Origin: a virus | Taxonomy: Duplodnaviria; Heunggongvirae; Uroviricota; Caudoviricetes | IMG/VR virus record: IMGVR_UViG_3300044642_000188 | DNA length: 32,335 bases | Reading direction: 5' to 3' (one strand) | Shown: piece by piece, positions 8,649 through 16,471 of the stretch | How positions within the stretch are numbered: position 1 is the stretch's first letter | Layout of the letters: every line of letters starts with the position of its first letter | Program-made: the position numbers and the translations under genes | The notes under the pieces: model-generated | Databases searched by the model: none | Told to the model about the DNA's origin: nothing | What the model saw: the letters and a program-made list of their open reading frames with translations, nothing else

Positions 8649-9349
8649 TGAAAGTATTAGTATTTACATCATCGTATAATAGACCTTACATGTTAAGGCA
8701 ATGTATATTAAATATAAAGAACCAATCTTATAAAGACTATGTGCATTCTGTAAATGTCGTATCAGACTCTCCACAAACAGTGTATCCTATTGTAGAAGAT
8801 TTGTTTTCAAAAAAACTAATAGTGGATGATGAAAGACGTAATAAAAAAATTCACATTAATCATCTAATAGCTATTAGAAATGTACCTAACTACCAAGAGT
8901 ATGATTTGTTTGTTAAGGTGGATGATGATGATGTGTACAAAAAAGACTACATTAAAAATATTGTAAAGTTCTTTAAGACAAACCCTCAGGTTGATGTAAC
9001 CTCTACAGAAATAATTTATCAGCTTAATGGTAATAAGCTAATAGGTAATGTAAGATTATACTCTGATCTTGGAGGCAATCCTGGAGAGTCAGATTATAAA
9101 ATGCCTATGACATTTGCATTTAATAGAAAAGCTCTGCAGCTACTAGAACAATTTCCAGAGAATAATATATTACACAACAACGATGATTTATTGTGGCGAA
9201 ACATATGGGTTAGTAATTCAATCATACATAAACCCATGAACAACTTAGAAGAGGTTATATGGCATGTACATGGTAAAAATACATCTACAGCAAGTTTTCT
9301 AAAAAAGCCAACAATATTAAAAAGGCTGCTTGATTGGTTGGGATTATAA
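8648..9349 (+). CDS. GT2-family glycosyltransferase (start re-called at ATG 8648)
   Basis: VFTSSYNRP and FVKVDDDDVY motifs; TAATG coupling. Confidence 0.8.
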   Translation: MKVLVFTSSYNRPYMLRQCILNIKNQSYKDYVHSVNVVSDSPQTVYPIVEDLFSKKLIVDDERRNKKIHINHLIAIRNVPNYQEYDLFVKVDDDDVYKKDYIKNIVKFFKTNPQVDVTSTEIIYQLNGNKLIGNVRLYSDLGGNPGESDYKMPMTFAFNRKALQLLEQFPENNILHNNDDLLWRNIWVSNSIIHKPMNNLEEVIWHVHGKNTSTASFLKKPTILKRLLDWLGL

Positions 9350-9351
9350 AT

Positions 9352-9382
9352 AAAAAAGCCCCTCAAAACAGAGGGGCTTTTT
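9352..9382. terminator. Bidirectional rho-independent terminator at the junction of the two arms
   Basis: AAAAAAGCCCCTC-aaaaca-GAGGGGCTTTTT, between stops at 9349 (+) and 9384 (-). Confidence 0.9.
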
Positions 9383-9383
9383 A

Positions 9384-9524
9384 TTATTTTGATAACTTCT
9401 TACCAGTCATAGGAGCCATAGGACTCTTACCTTTATTTCTAGTATTATCTGATTCCCTCATATAAGGCTTATTAGGCTTAGGGTTCTTAACCTTAGGAGC
9501 TAAACGTGGTTTACCTGATTTCAT
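9384..9524 (-). CDS. 46-aa basic protein (missed by the ORF track)
   Basis: MKSGKPRLAPKVKNPKPNKPYMRESDNTRNKGKSPMAPMTGKKLSK; TAATG overlap; stop abuts the terminator. Confidence 0.7.
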   Translation of the reverse strand: MKSGKPRLAPKVKNPKPNKPYMRESDNTRNKGKSPMAPMTGKKLSK

Positions 9525-10075
9525 TAGCAACCATATTTACATTTGCTCATAGACTTACCCATCTTAGCTTTACCAGTGTAGTTCTTACCAGGTTGTCTAC
9601 CATAACTACCAAGTTGCATAGATACAGTTTTACCAGACTTAGCAGCAGGGGCTTTTTTAGCAGCTCTAGCAGCTTTACGCTCTGATCTAGCTTCTTGACG
9701 TTCTTCTTTAGTTTTACCACCAGTTAAAACATTTTTGATAGCTTGACCAGCTTTTTGAAGAGGACTAGGTCCACCTTGGAAATATCTTTGTCTTTGAGCA
9801 CCAGTCATGTTTGATACACATCCGCCTCTTTGAGCTTTCTTAATAGTTTTACCAGCTTTAGCCTCAGGAGCAGATTTAGCAGCTTTTTTAGCAGCTCTTT
9901 TTTCAACTCTTTCTTCTTTGCGTTCTGCTCTTGCATTTTCACGCATTTGCTTGTTACCAGCTCTTCTTAATTGACCTTCGGTACCACCTCTGAAGAAATT
10001 AGTTCTTTCTTGAGAAGACATGTTTGAAACACAACCACCCCTTTGGGCTTTTTTAACCTTTTTAACAGTTGCCAT
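9524..10075 (-). CDS. Basic Lys/Arg/Ala-rich protein with an internal duplication
   Basis: Two KKAQRGGCVSNM modules, each followed by an RAAKKA-rich tract. Confidence 0.8.
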   Translation of the reverse strand: MATVKKVKKAQRGGCVSNMSSQERTNFFRGGTEGQLRRAGNKQMRENARAERKEERVEKRAAKKAAKSAPEAKAGKTIKKAQRGGCVSNMTGAQRQRYFQGGPSPLQKAGQAIKNVLTGGKTKEERQEARSERKAARAAKKAPAAKSGKTVSMQLGSYGRQPGKNYTGKAKMGKSMSKCKYGC

Positions 10076-10103
10076 TTTGTTTTGTTTTTATTTTTTTAAT
10101 AAT

Positions 10104-10853
10104 TTATTTTTTACTAACCTTGCCACCAGCTTTTTTCTTTGGTGTTGCACCTTTAGCATTTATGATTGATTTTACAATCTTTCTGCCATATTTTTTAGGT
10201 TTTGCAGGATAATCTTTATATACACCTGATTCTAATCCTTCTAAATACCTACCAGTACCTTTAAATGTTTTCTTACCAGCAGCATAGCCAGTGGTATCAA
10301 CAGCTAGTCTTCTTTTTGGATAACGAGCACCTTTAGTTTCATAAACTAATGAGTCGCCACTTTGTGCTGTCTTAATTTTAGCAGGTCTCTTGCCGCTTAT
10401 TTCTTTACTTGATTGTATAGCAGATTTTTTAGCTGCTTTATTCAATCTAGATTTAGCTTCATTATAACTCTCTTTAAACATGTTATGGTCTTTAAGAGCT
10501 TTACTAACTTTAGTTCTTAAAGTTTCTTTATCTCCACCAGGGTATGTAGTTTCTTTAGTTTCATATCCTTTACGAGTACTCATTTTTACAGAAGGATATT
10601 TTTTTACTAATGAGTCACCAGACTGAGCTTTTTTTGCTCTTGCAGCTTTTGCACGCTCTCTTAATGGTATAGACATTCGACTTGGTGGCTTAACTGAACT
10701 TGGTTTAACTGAACGTAAAGCTCTTTTTTGTACACGAGCAGCTACTCGCTCAGCCCTTTCAGGGTCTTTCTTTTCTATTCTGTGTATTCTGTCATCTTGT
10801 GATTTTCTTTTAACAAGATGATCACCAAGTTGTGCTTTTTTTACCTTTGCCAT
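10104..10853 (-). CDS. Basic modular protein, 249 aa (start re-called, MAKVKKAQLG)
   Basis: Three K[KT]AQxGD modules and a terminal KAGGKV; ATG 2 nt after the upstream stop. Confidence 0.8.
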   Translation of the reverse strand: MAKVKKAQLGDHLVKRKSQDDRIHRIEKKDPERAERVAARVQKRALRSVKPSSVKPPSRMSIPLRERAKAARAKKAQSGDSLVKKYPSVKMSTRKGYETKETTYPGGDKETLRTKVSKALKDHNMFKESYNEAKSRLNKAAKKSAIQSSKEISGKRPAKIKTAQSGDSLVYETKGARYPKRRLAVDTTGYAAGKKTFKGTGRYLEGLESGVYKDYPAKPKKYGRKIVKSIINAKGATPKKKAGGKVSKK

Positions 10854-10854
10854 T

Positions 10855-11295
10855 TTAACAGTTCCATTTACGAAGTGATTTATTAATTCTGCTGTTAGGG
10901 TCATTAGCCGTTTTAGCAGACGTGAGTTTCTTTTTCATACCTGACATTCTAGAACAGAAAGACTTACGTCTACTTGCTGCTTTAGAACCAGCTTTGAGTT
11001 TTGAAGGTTTAGTGGTAACAGCAGTCTTCAACTTGCTACCTGGATTAGCTTTTCTATAAGAAGCTACACCCTTAGCGTTTAAACCACCTTCAGGATTCTT
11101 ACCTTCTTTTCTTTGCCATGCTGGGCTAACCTTACCACCGTCCTTTAATGTAGAGCCTTTAAACTCTCCCTTCTTTTTAACAAGAGGACCATTAGGAACA
11201 GGGGTGATTTTACCACCAGTTCTAAGAACTCCCTTACCAACATAGGCTTCAGCCTTCTGTGGGTTATATACCTTTGTTTTAGGAATTCTAGCCAT
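10855..11295 (-). CDS. Basic protein with a DUF6321-like C-terminal domain
   Basis: AWQRKEGKNPEGGLNAKG...RRKSFCSRM...DPNSRINKSLRKWNC, a widespread phage family (recalled from memory). Confidence 0.7.
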   Translation of the reverse strand: MARIPKTKVYNPQKAEAYVGKGVLRTGGKITPVPNGPLVKKKGEFKGSTLKDGGKVSPAWQRKEGKNPEGGLNAKGVASYRKANPGSKLKTAVTTKPSKLKAGSKAASRRKSFCSRMSGMKKKLTSAKTANDPNSRINKSLRKWNC

Positions 11296-11296
11296 G

Positions 11297-11458
11297 TTAT
11301 TTACCTTTACGCTTTGCAGCTATCTTCTTAAACGTTTTAGCAAGAGCTTTAGCTCTACCTGTACAACCAGGCTTAGTAATAGGAGTGCATTTGCCTTCTG
11401 TACCTCTAGCCTTAATAGACTTAGATACCTTCTGCATCCACTTTTTATCTGTAGCCAT
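11297..11458 (-). CDS. 53-aa basic protein (missed by the ORF track)
   Basis: MATDKKWMQKVSKSIKARGTEGKCTPITKPGCTGRAKALAKTFKKIAAKRKGK; TAATG overlap upstream, 1-nt gap downstream. Confidence 0.8.
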   Translation of the reverse strand: MATDKKWMQKVSKSIKARGTEGKCTPITKPGCTGRAKALAKTFKKIAAKRKGK

Positions 11459-11952
11459 TACTTTTTCTTTTTCATTTTACCACCCATCTTCATCATCTTT
11501 GTAGCACCTAACTGTTTGTCCTTCTTAAGACTTACAGAAGTTTTAACGTTACGAGGAGGTAAGTTCATTTCTTGAACCTTAGTCCAAGCACCTTTAGGAT
11601 CAACAGGTCCTACACGCTTGTTAGAAGCAGTTAAACCAGCTTGAGCCTTCTTAACCTTACCACCATTCTTAATAACACCACGTCCTTTAAGGATGTCAGC
11701 TTTAGTAATCTTACCATCCTTGTTTAAGTCTGGGAATGATTTACCATCTTTAGCTTTAGGTAGCATGTTGGAAGCTCTAGAGCCACTGCTCTGAGCAACT
11801 CTTTTACCACGTTCTAAACGTGTAGCTCTTTCCTTCATGCGATCAGATACTTTATCAGCTCTGTCAGGATTTTTTTCTGCTATTCTACCAAGTCTTTTGT
11901 ATTGTCCTCTTCTAAGTTTAATACCAGATTGGGCTTTTTTAACTTTTGTCAT
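11458..11952 (-). CDS. Basic modular protein, 164 aa, with an EF-hand-like loop
   Basis: KKAQSG, KKAQAG, KNGGKV and KMGGKM motifs; DLNKDGKITKAD loop. Confidence 0.8.
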   Translation of the reverse strand: MTKVKKAQSGIKLRRGQYKRLGRIAEKNPDRADKVSDRMKERATRLERGKRVAQSSGSRASNMLPKAKDGKSFPDLNKDGKITKADILKGRGVIKNGGKVKKAQAGLTASNKRVGPVDPKGAWTKVQEMNLPPRNVKTSVSLKKDKQLGATKMMKMGGKMKKKK

Positions 11953-11957
11953 CTTAT

Positions 11958-12038
11958 TTATATATTAGATTGTTCTAGACATTTAGGACATTGTCCTTCC
12001 TCAAGAGCTATTTCATGTATGGAGCAATGATCGTTCAT
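11958..12038 (-). CDS. 26-aa Cys/His micropeptide (missed by the ORF track)
   Basis: MNDHCSIHEIALEEGQCPKCLEQSNI; TAATG-coupled; fills the gap exactly; CxxH-x8-CxxC. Confidence 0.6.
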   Translation of the reverse strand: MNDHCSIHEIALEEGQCPKCLEQSNI

Positions 12039-12187
12039 TACTTCTTACTCTTAGCCTTGATTTTCTTTTCCTGCTTAAGCATAGCAGATGTAGGTTTCTT
12101 ACCTGAGCCTTTAGCAGCACGAATGTTATCCCACAACCCACGTTGTGAAACAGAACCATCCTTGCGTTTAATCATTTCTTTTGCCAT
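12038..12187 (-). CDS. 49-aa basic protein (missed by the ORF track)
   Basis: MAKEMIKRKDGSVSQRGLWDNIRAAKGSGKKPTSAMLKQEKKIKAKSKK; GLWDNIRA resembles a common small phage protein family. Confidence 0.8.
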   Translation of the reverse strand: MAKEMIKRKDGSVSQRGLWDNIRAAKGSGKKPTSAMLKQEKKIKAKSKK

Positions 12188-12190
12188 AAC

Positions 12191-12484
12191 TTATTGATTT
12201 TCAGCTTCTTTAATAACACCAGCTTCCACTGATCTAGCTAGCACTTGCTCAACTGTATTGTTAGCTCTGTTAGCTAAAAGGATACGAGCAGCCTCTTCTG
12301 TAGCTAATTGTGCACGTAATGAGTTAAGGATTACACCAAACTCAGCACCGTTAATAACAAAAATATCATCTGTATTCCAGGTGTATTTCTTGTTTGGATC
12401 GTACTTAATAGGCTCCTGAGTAGGCATTTCTGGTACATTTACTTCTTCTTGACCTGGTAATTCTGGTACTAATTCTTCTGACAT
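12191..12484 (-). CDS. Acidic hypothetical protein, 97 aa
   Basis: Glu/Pro-rich N-terminus; first gene after the predicted promoter. Confidence 0.75.
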   Translation of the reverse strand: MSEELVPELPGQEEVNVPEMPTQEPIKYDPNKKYTWNTDDIFVINGAEFGVILNSLRAQLATEEAARILLANRANNTVEQVLARSVEAGVIKEAENQ

Positions 12485-12509
12485 ATTATATATTTTTTGG
12501 TTTTACGAA

Positions 12510-12541
12510 CAAAGATATGTATTTCTACAATATCTACCAAA
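12510..12541 (-). promoter_or_regulatory. Bacteroidota-type promoter for the basic-protein operon
   Basis: Minus strand: TTTG (12541-12538), 20-nt spacer, TATCTTTG (12517-12510). Confidence 0.75.
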
Positions 12542-12542
12542 T

Positions 12543-13202
12543 TTATTTTAGCTCTGATTTATACACCTTTCTAGTGTTCCACAATTGACGATAGTTTCCT
12601 CCAGAGTGGTCTCCTAAATAAGCCATACTTCCATGTTGACCGTTTCTTTTTCCTCTGGCAATTAATGTATCATTGAGCACAAAGCAAAATGTATCATTGA
12701 GCACCATCAATGCTCCTTTGCAATATTTTGTGGAATAGTCAAACGCTTTTCCTAGCACACCTGGACCTGTACAATCTACAGGATATTTACCATAGTGTTT
12801 TGATTTACAATTACTTACTATTATATCAACAGCTTTCTTTAAATTCTTATTACCTGGAGGAGCATAGAACATACCTACTGCAACATATCTGTCTATTGTG
12901 TCTTTAAAGAACACACCATTTTCATCATTGTATTTATCTATATCAGGAAGAACAGAAAAACTAGTATCTATATACCAACCGCCATGTACATATATAATTG
13001 CAAACCTAGCTAAGTCTGCTTTAAAAGAATATGGAACTAGTTCATCGTAAGCCCAAAGTACCTCTGGTTCAAACTCTTTTTCTAAAAGCTCCTTTATACT
13101 ATTGTTGTCCCACAGCTTGTGTTCATATTTAGCTTTAACTGCTTCTATTTTTGCAACAGCTACTGGGGATGGACTATCAGTTATGTAGATTTGATGTATC
13201 AT
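12543..13202 (-). CDS. GT32 / Gly_transf_sug-type glycosyltransferase
   Basis: MIHQIY, KLWD, FKADLARFAIIYVHGGWYIDT, TGPGVL. Confidence 0.85.
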   Translation of the reverse strand: MIHQIYITDSPSPVAVAKIEAVKAKYEHKLWDNNSIKELLEKEFEPEVLWAYDELVPYSFKADLARFAIIYVHGGWYIDTSFSVLPDIDKYNDENGVFFKDTIDRYVAVGMFYAPPGNKNLKKAVDIIVSNCKSKHYGKYPVDCTGPGVLGKAFDYSTKYCKGALMVLNDTFCFVLNDTLIARGKRNGQHGSMAYLGDHSGGNYRQLWNTRKVYKSELK

Positions 13203-13885
13203 TTCATTATCACAGGTTCGTTATCTAAATATCCTGTATACACAGAATGATGTCCCCTTGATACACCATCGTAAGTCAATCCTACATAGTCATTACATTC
13301 AAACTCTAAATAACCTTCTTTACAATAATCTTTAGTTTCAAGAATAGCCCTGCTATAACATAAAGGACCCGTTACACTAAGAATATCTGTTTTTGCACTT
13401 ATTTTTCTTGGTCTATGAACATAGTTTTTTATGTTCTGTTTCATTCTAGAAATCACTGTATGTAAAATTGGATGCCCTGGTTCAGATATTATATGCCAGT
13501 TTTGGAATTCCCCAAACTTATATTTAAGTGTATCAGCATGATGTCTGTGACACCAATGTCCTGTAACAAACTTGTAGTTTTCTGCCCACTCAGTTAAGTC
13601 TTTCTCAGGACAACTTTTAATATCAAAATAGAATCCTCCAACCTTGTATATAAGCAAATACCTAAAGAAATCAGCCTTTGCCATACCAAGCTTTGGATTA
13701 ATCATGTTATACAGATGCAATGTCTCTTCATCATAATTTTCTTTAATGAATGTATAAACATCTTCATCATCGTATAATCTATATTCAAACGTAGGACATG
13801 CCTCTTTTAATCTAAATACCACTTCCTGTAATTCTAATGGAAGCTTTTTAGTTTTAAACGTTTGATGTATTATCTTAGGTATCAT
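13199..13885 (-). CDS. GT32 (Och1/Sur1-like) glycosyltransferase
   Basis: MIPKIIHQT, KADFFRYLLIYKVGGFYFDIKS, FQNW, TGP. Confidence 0.88.
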   Translation of the reverse strand: MIPKIIHQTFKTKKLPLELQEVVFRLKEACPTFEYRLYDDEDVYTFIKENYDEETLHLYNMINPKLGMAKADFFRYLLIYKVGGFYFDIKSCPEKDLTEWAENYKFVTGHWCHRHHADTLKYKFGEFQNWHIISEPGHPILHTVISRMKQNIKNYVHRPRKISAKTDILSVTGPLCYSRAILETKDYCKEGYLEFECNDYVGLTYDGVSRGHHSVYTGYLDNEPVIMK

Positions 13886-13893
13886 CAGTTGGT

Positions 13894-14586
13894 TTATATA
13901 AAATCTAAATTTATATCAGGGTTGTTGGAATTGTTAGGAGTATCTAAAGCAGTTGGAAAAGTTTCAGTACTAATACTAGCTTCTGGAACAAGTGCCTTTG
14001 GAACAAATGTGAGTTCTAACACAATTGGTATATCACGTCCTTCATAATTAAATGTGGAAGCATAATTGTTTCCATGAACATGACATAAATAAAAATACTT
14101 ATCAAGTTCAATTAAATAACTTATAAACTGGTCTCTATAAATCTCTTGATCTAAATCATGAAATTCAATAACCATTCCTGTAACTACATGAGACAGTTCT
14201 TCAATATTAGTATTTGCTAACCACTCATATTCACATCCTTCTACATCTATCTTTAACAGCACTCTTCCAGATATACCAAGTTCTTTATAATGATTTAGAA
14301 AGTTATCTGTTTGCTCCTGAGGAGTCCCAGACAATCCTTTTTTATACCATGTAAATAAGTCAGGATATTGAGTTTCAATACCTTCTATAGTATGGTCATA
14401 CCCACACACTTTCTTGTTAGTAAGCTGTATATAATGTTCATCAAATGTAATATCGTTATTTATTCCATAGCTAAACAAACACTCGCTATCTTCTAACATT
14501 TGTTTTGGAAGAATATACCCCCCATCATAAGTGTTTCCGAGTCTAATTTTTTCCCCTACATAATAGGGCTTTAATTGGTTTATCAT
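13894..14586 (-). CDS. FkbM/METTL24-like SAM-dependent methyltransferase
   Basis: RLGNTYDGGY, FSYGINNDITFD, LKIDVEGCE, VIEFH, HVHGNN. Confidence 0.8.
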   Translation of the reverse strand: MINQLKPYYVGEKIRLGNTYDGGYILPKQMLEDSECLFSYGINNDITFDEHYIQLTNKKVCGYDHTIEGIETQYPDLFTWYKKGLSGTPQEQTDNFLNHYKELGISGRVLLKIDVEGCEYEWLANTNIEELSHVVTGMVIEFHDLDQEIYRDQFISYLIELDKYFYLCHVHGNNYASTFNYEGRDIPIVLELTFVPKALVPEASISTETFPTALDTPNNSNNPDINLDFI

Positions 14587-14590
14587 TGGT

Positions 14591-14872
14591 TTATAATGTT
14601 ATATCAAAGACAATTGTTGCAGAACTCTTTATACTTTTAGACAGATCTAAATGGATCTGTAAGAGGTTATGAAACTTCAAAATCTCTTCTAGCAACATGT
14701 CATTATACCTGGGTACAGACGGTGCTAGTCTAAAGTGGTAGGAATTAGGATTCCTAGTAATTTCTAATGTGGCTAACTCATCCACAGAATCTATAATTCC
14801 CTGAAGGTGAGCAAAATAAGCAAGTTCGTTATCTTGCATCACCTCAGGAAAGAATTTCTTGTTAATTTGCAT
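14591..14872 (-). CDS. Hypothetical protein, 93 aa
   Basis: TAATG coupling; operon-like spacing. Confidence 0.7.
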   Translation of the reverse strand: MQINKKFFPEVMQDNELAYFAHLQGIIDSVDELATLEITRNPNSYHFRLAPSVPRYNDMLLEEILKFHNLLQIHLDLSKSIKSSATIVFDITL

Positions 14873-15276
14873 TAAGACAAGGTTAATAAGTATTTAGTTT
14901 TTGCTGCTTCACCGCTTAGAGCATCTGCTAGATTTGCTATATCGTGGAAGCTATTTGCTTCAGCATATCTTTTTAAGTTACTTGCAAAGTCCATAAGAGC
15001 TGTTACAACTGCATTAGAATCTGTAGCAGTTAAAGGGTCTATTTTAAATACACCAGGACGTTTACCTGTATAGCCCATAAGTTTCTCAATAACACCATCT
15101 TTGAAATCATGTACATAATCATATAATCCTCCAAGAGCTTGATGTTGAGCGTAACTCTTTGTCTGCCAATGTAATAGATGTAATTGCTCATGAAAATATG
15201 TAAGCTTTCCAGCTATTGTTTCTAAGTTTAATTCTCCTGATTTCATCATCTCATCAGGGAATAATGATTTTGCCAT
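14872..15276 (-). CDS. Ferritin/Dps-like four-helix protein (DUF5856-like)
   Basis: LHLLHWQTKSYAQHQALGGLYD...D.VIEKLMG pattern of phage Dps-like proteins. Confidence 0.75.
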   Translation of the reverse strand: MAKSLFPDEMMKSGELNLETIAGKLTYFHEQLHLLHWQTKSYAQHQALGGLYDYVHDFKDGVIEKLMGYTGKRPGVFKIDPLTATDSNAVVTALMDFASNLKRYAEANSFHDIANLADALSGEAAKTKYLLTLS

Positions 15277-15295
15277 TTAGTTTTATTTAATTAGA

Positions 15296-15709
15296 TTAAC
15301 ATGGTGTACCATTGTTTGTAATTGTAGATCCTGATAAAGTATATGCAGTTCCATTAAAACTTATATACTGGTTTCCTGTCCAAGGTTGCGTTAATGCTGC
15401 ATCATAGTATAAATTTACACCTACACCTAACGTAGATTGTGCAGTGTAAACAAGCCAACCAGGAACACCTGCACATGCAAATTCAGGAGTTACTGATGAG
15501 ATAATTGCCCATGCTGTAGGTGTTACACTTCCACCACCTTGTGTAGTGGTAGTGGTAGTGGTAGGTATTTCATTACAACATTCATTTGCATTGATTTCCA
15601 CCCAATTACCTACAGCAGGTTTAAACCTTTGTAGAATAGGACCACCAGCTATCACTCTACCTGTACCATCATAGCGTACGTACGCTTTTAATTTATTTTG
15701 ATTTGCCAT
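15296..15709 (-). CDS. Modular putative virion surface protein: anchor A, poly-Thr linker, variable domain
   Basis: LKAYVRYDGTGRVIAG...KPAVGNWVEI...ECCN, then PTTTTTTTQGGGS. Confidence 0.8.
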   Translation of the reverse strand: MANQNKLKAYVRYDGTGRVIAGGPILQRFKPAVGNWVEINANECCNEIPTTTTTTTQGGGSVTPTAWAIISSVTPEFACAGVPGWLVYTAQSTLGVGVNLYYDAALTQPWTGNQYISFNGTAYTLSGSTITNNGTPC

Positions 15710-15725
15710 TTTTTTTGTATCTTTA

Positions 15726-15750
15726 AGAGCACACCATAACGATGTGCTCT
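15726..15750 (-). other. Intergenic stem-loop (up to 11 bp in the minus-strand RNA)
   Basis: AGAGCACA / TGTGCTCT is a perfect 8-bp stem, extended by G-U pairs on the minus strand; no U tract in the sense direction. Confidence 0.55.
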
Positions 15751-15770
15751 ATTTTATTTAATTATATTAT

Positions 15771-16457
15771 TTATCCACAAGAAACACATTCACCAGGAGC
15801 TCCACCTGCACCTTGGATTATTGAATCACTAATTTTACTAAATAATCTTGAAAATCCACCATAGATTACATAAAATGTTGAAGGCAACATTGAGAAATTA
15901 CCTTGTAATTCAACAACTGGATCACATATGTTACTACCAGTAGCAAATGATACTGTTGTAAAAGTACTAGGTGTTCCACAAGATTCTGAATTGTATCCTA
16001 CATTTATAGTTGCTATAGTAGTGGTAGTTGTTGTTGTTATAAATGCACAATTATTTATGTATTGCATTACACCTTGTGAGTTTGTAAGATATAAATCTCC
16101 AAAACGTTGAATGTAAGAATTTGCATAAGGTATTGTCAATGCTTCATTAACGTATGCTACTTGGTTTTCTCCAGGAGCTGCAACAAACCAAAGAACAGTG
16201 CCTTGAAATCCTTCACATGCAATTTCAGCAGTTGGTCCTGTAAATAATTCAAAAGGAAAACCACCACCTCCACCACCTTGTGTGGTTGTTGTTGTAGTTG
16301 TAGAAGATGAAGGAATGTAATTACAACATTCGTATGCTTGAATTTCATGCCACTTACCCACCTTAGGTTTATTTTTCCTAAGGATTAAGCTACCAGCAAC
16401 GATTCTTCCGCTTCCATCGAAGCGAACAAAGGCTCTTAAGTCTCTCTTATTACTCAT
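15771..16457 (-). CDS. Modular putative virion surface protein: anchor A, two poly-Thr linkers, two variable domains
   Basis: LRAFVRFDGSGRIVAG...KPKVGKWHEI...ECCN; SSSTTTTTTTQGGGGG; ITTTTTTTI. Confidence 0.8.
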   Translation of the reverse strand: MSNKRDLRAFVRFDGSGRIVAGSLILRKNKPKVGKWHEIQAYECCNYIPSSSTTTTTTTQGGGGGGFPFELFTGPTAEIACEGFQGTVLWFVAAPGENQVAYVNEALTIPYANSYIQRFGDLYLTNSQGVMQYINNCAFITTTTTTTIATINVGYNSESCGTPSTFTTVSFATGSNICDPVVELQGNFSMLPSTFYVIYGGFSRLFSKISDSIIQGAGGAPGECVSCG

Positions 16458-16471
16458 AATAATCGTTTTTG

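Noticed and set aside
11294-12197. Plus-strand ORFs at 11294-11575 and 11991-12197, and 19564-19755 and 20837-21049 elsewhere
   Set aside because: Each overlaps a short minus-strand gene that tiles its operon with TAATG coupling or clear paralogy.
15673-15686. 14-bp palindrome AGCGTACGTACGCT
   Set aside because: It lies in coding sequence (AYVR), has no copy in the paralogues and is likely chance.
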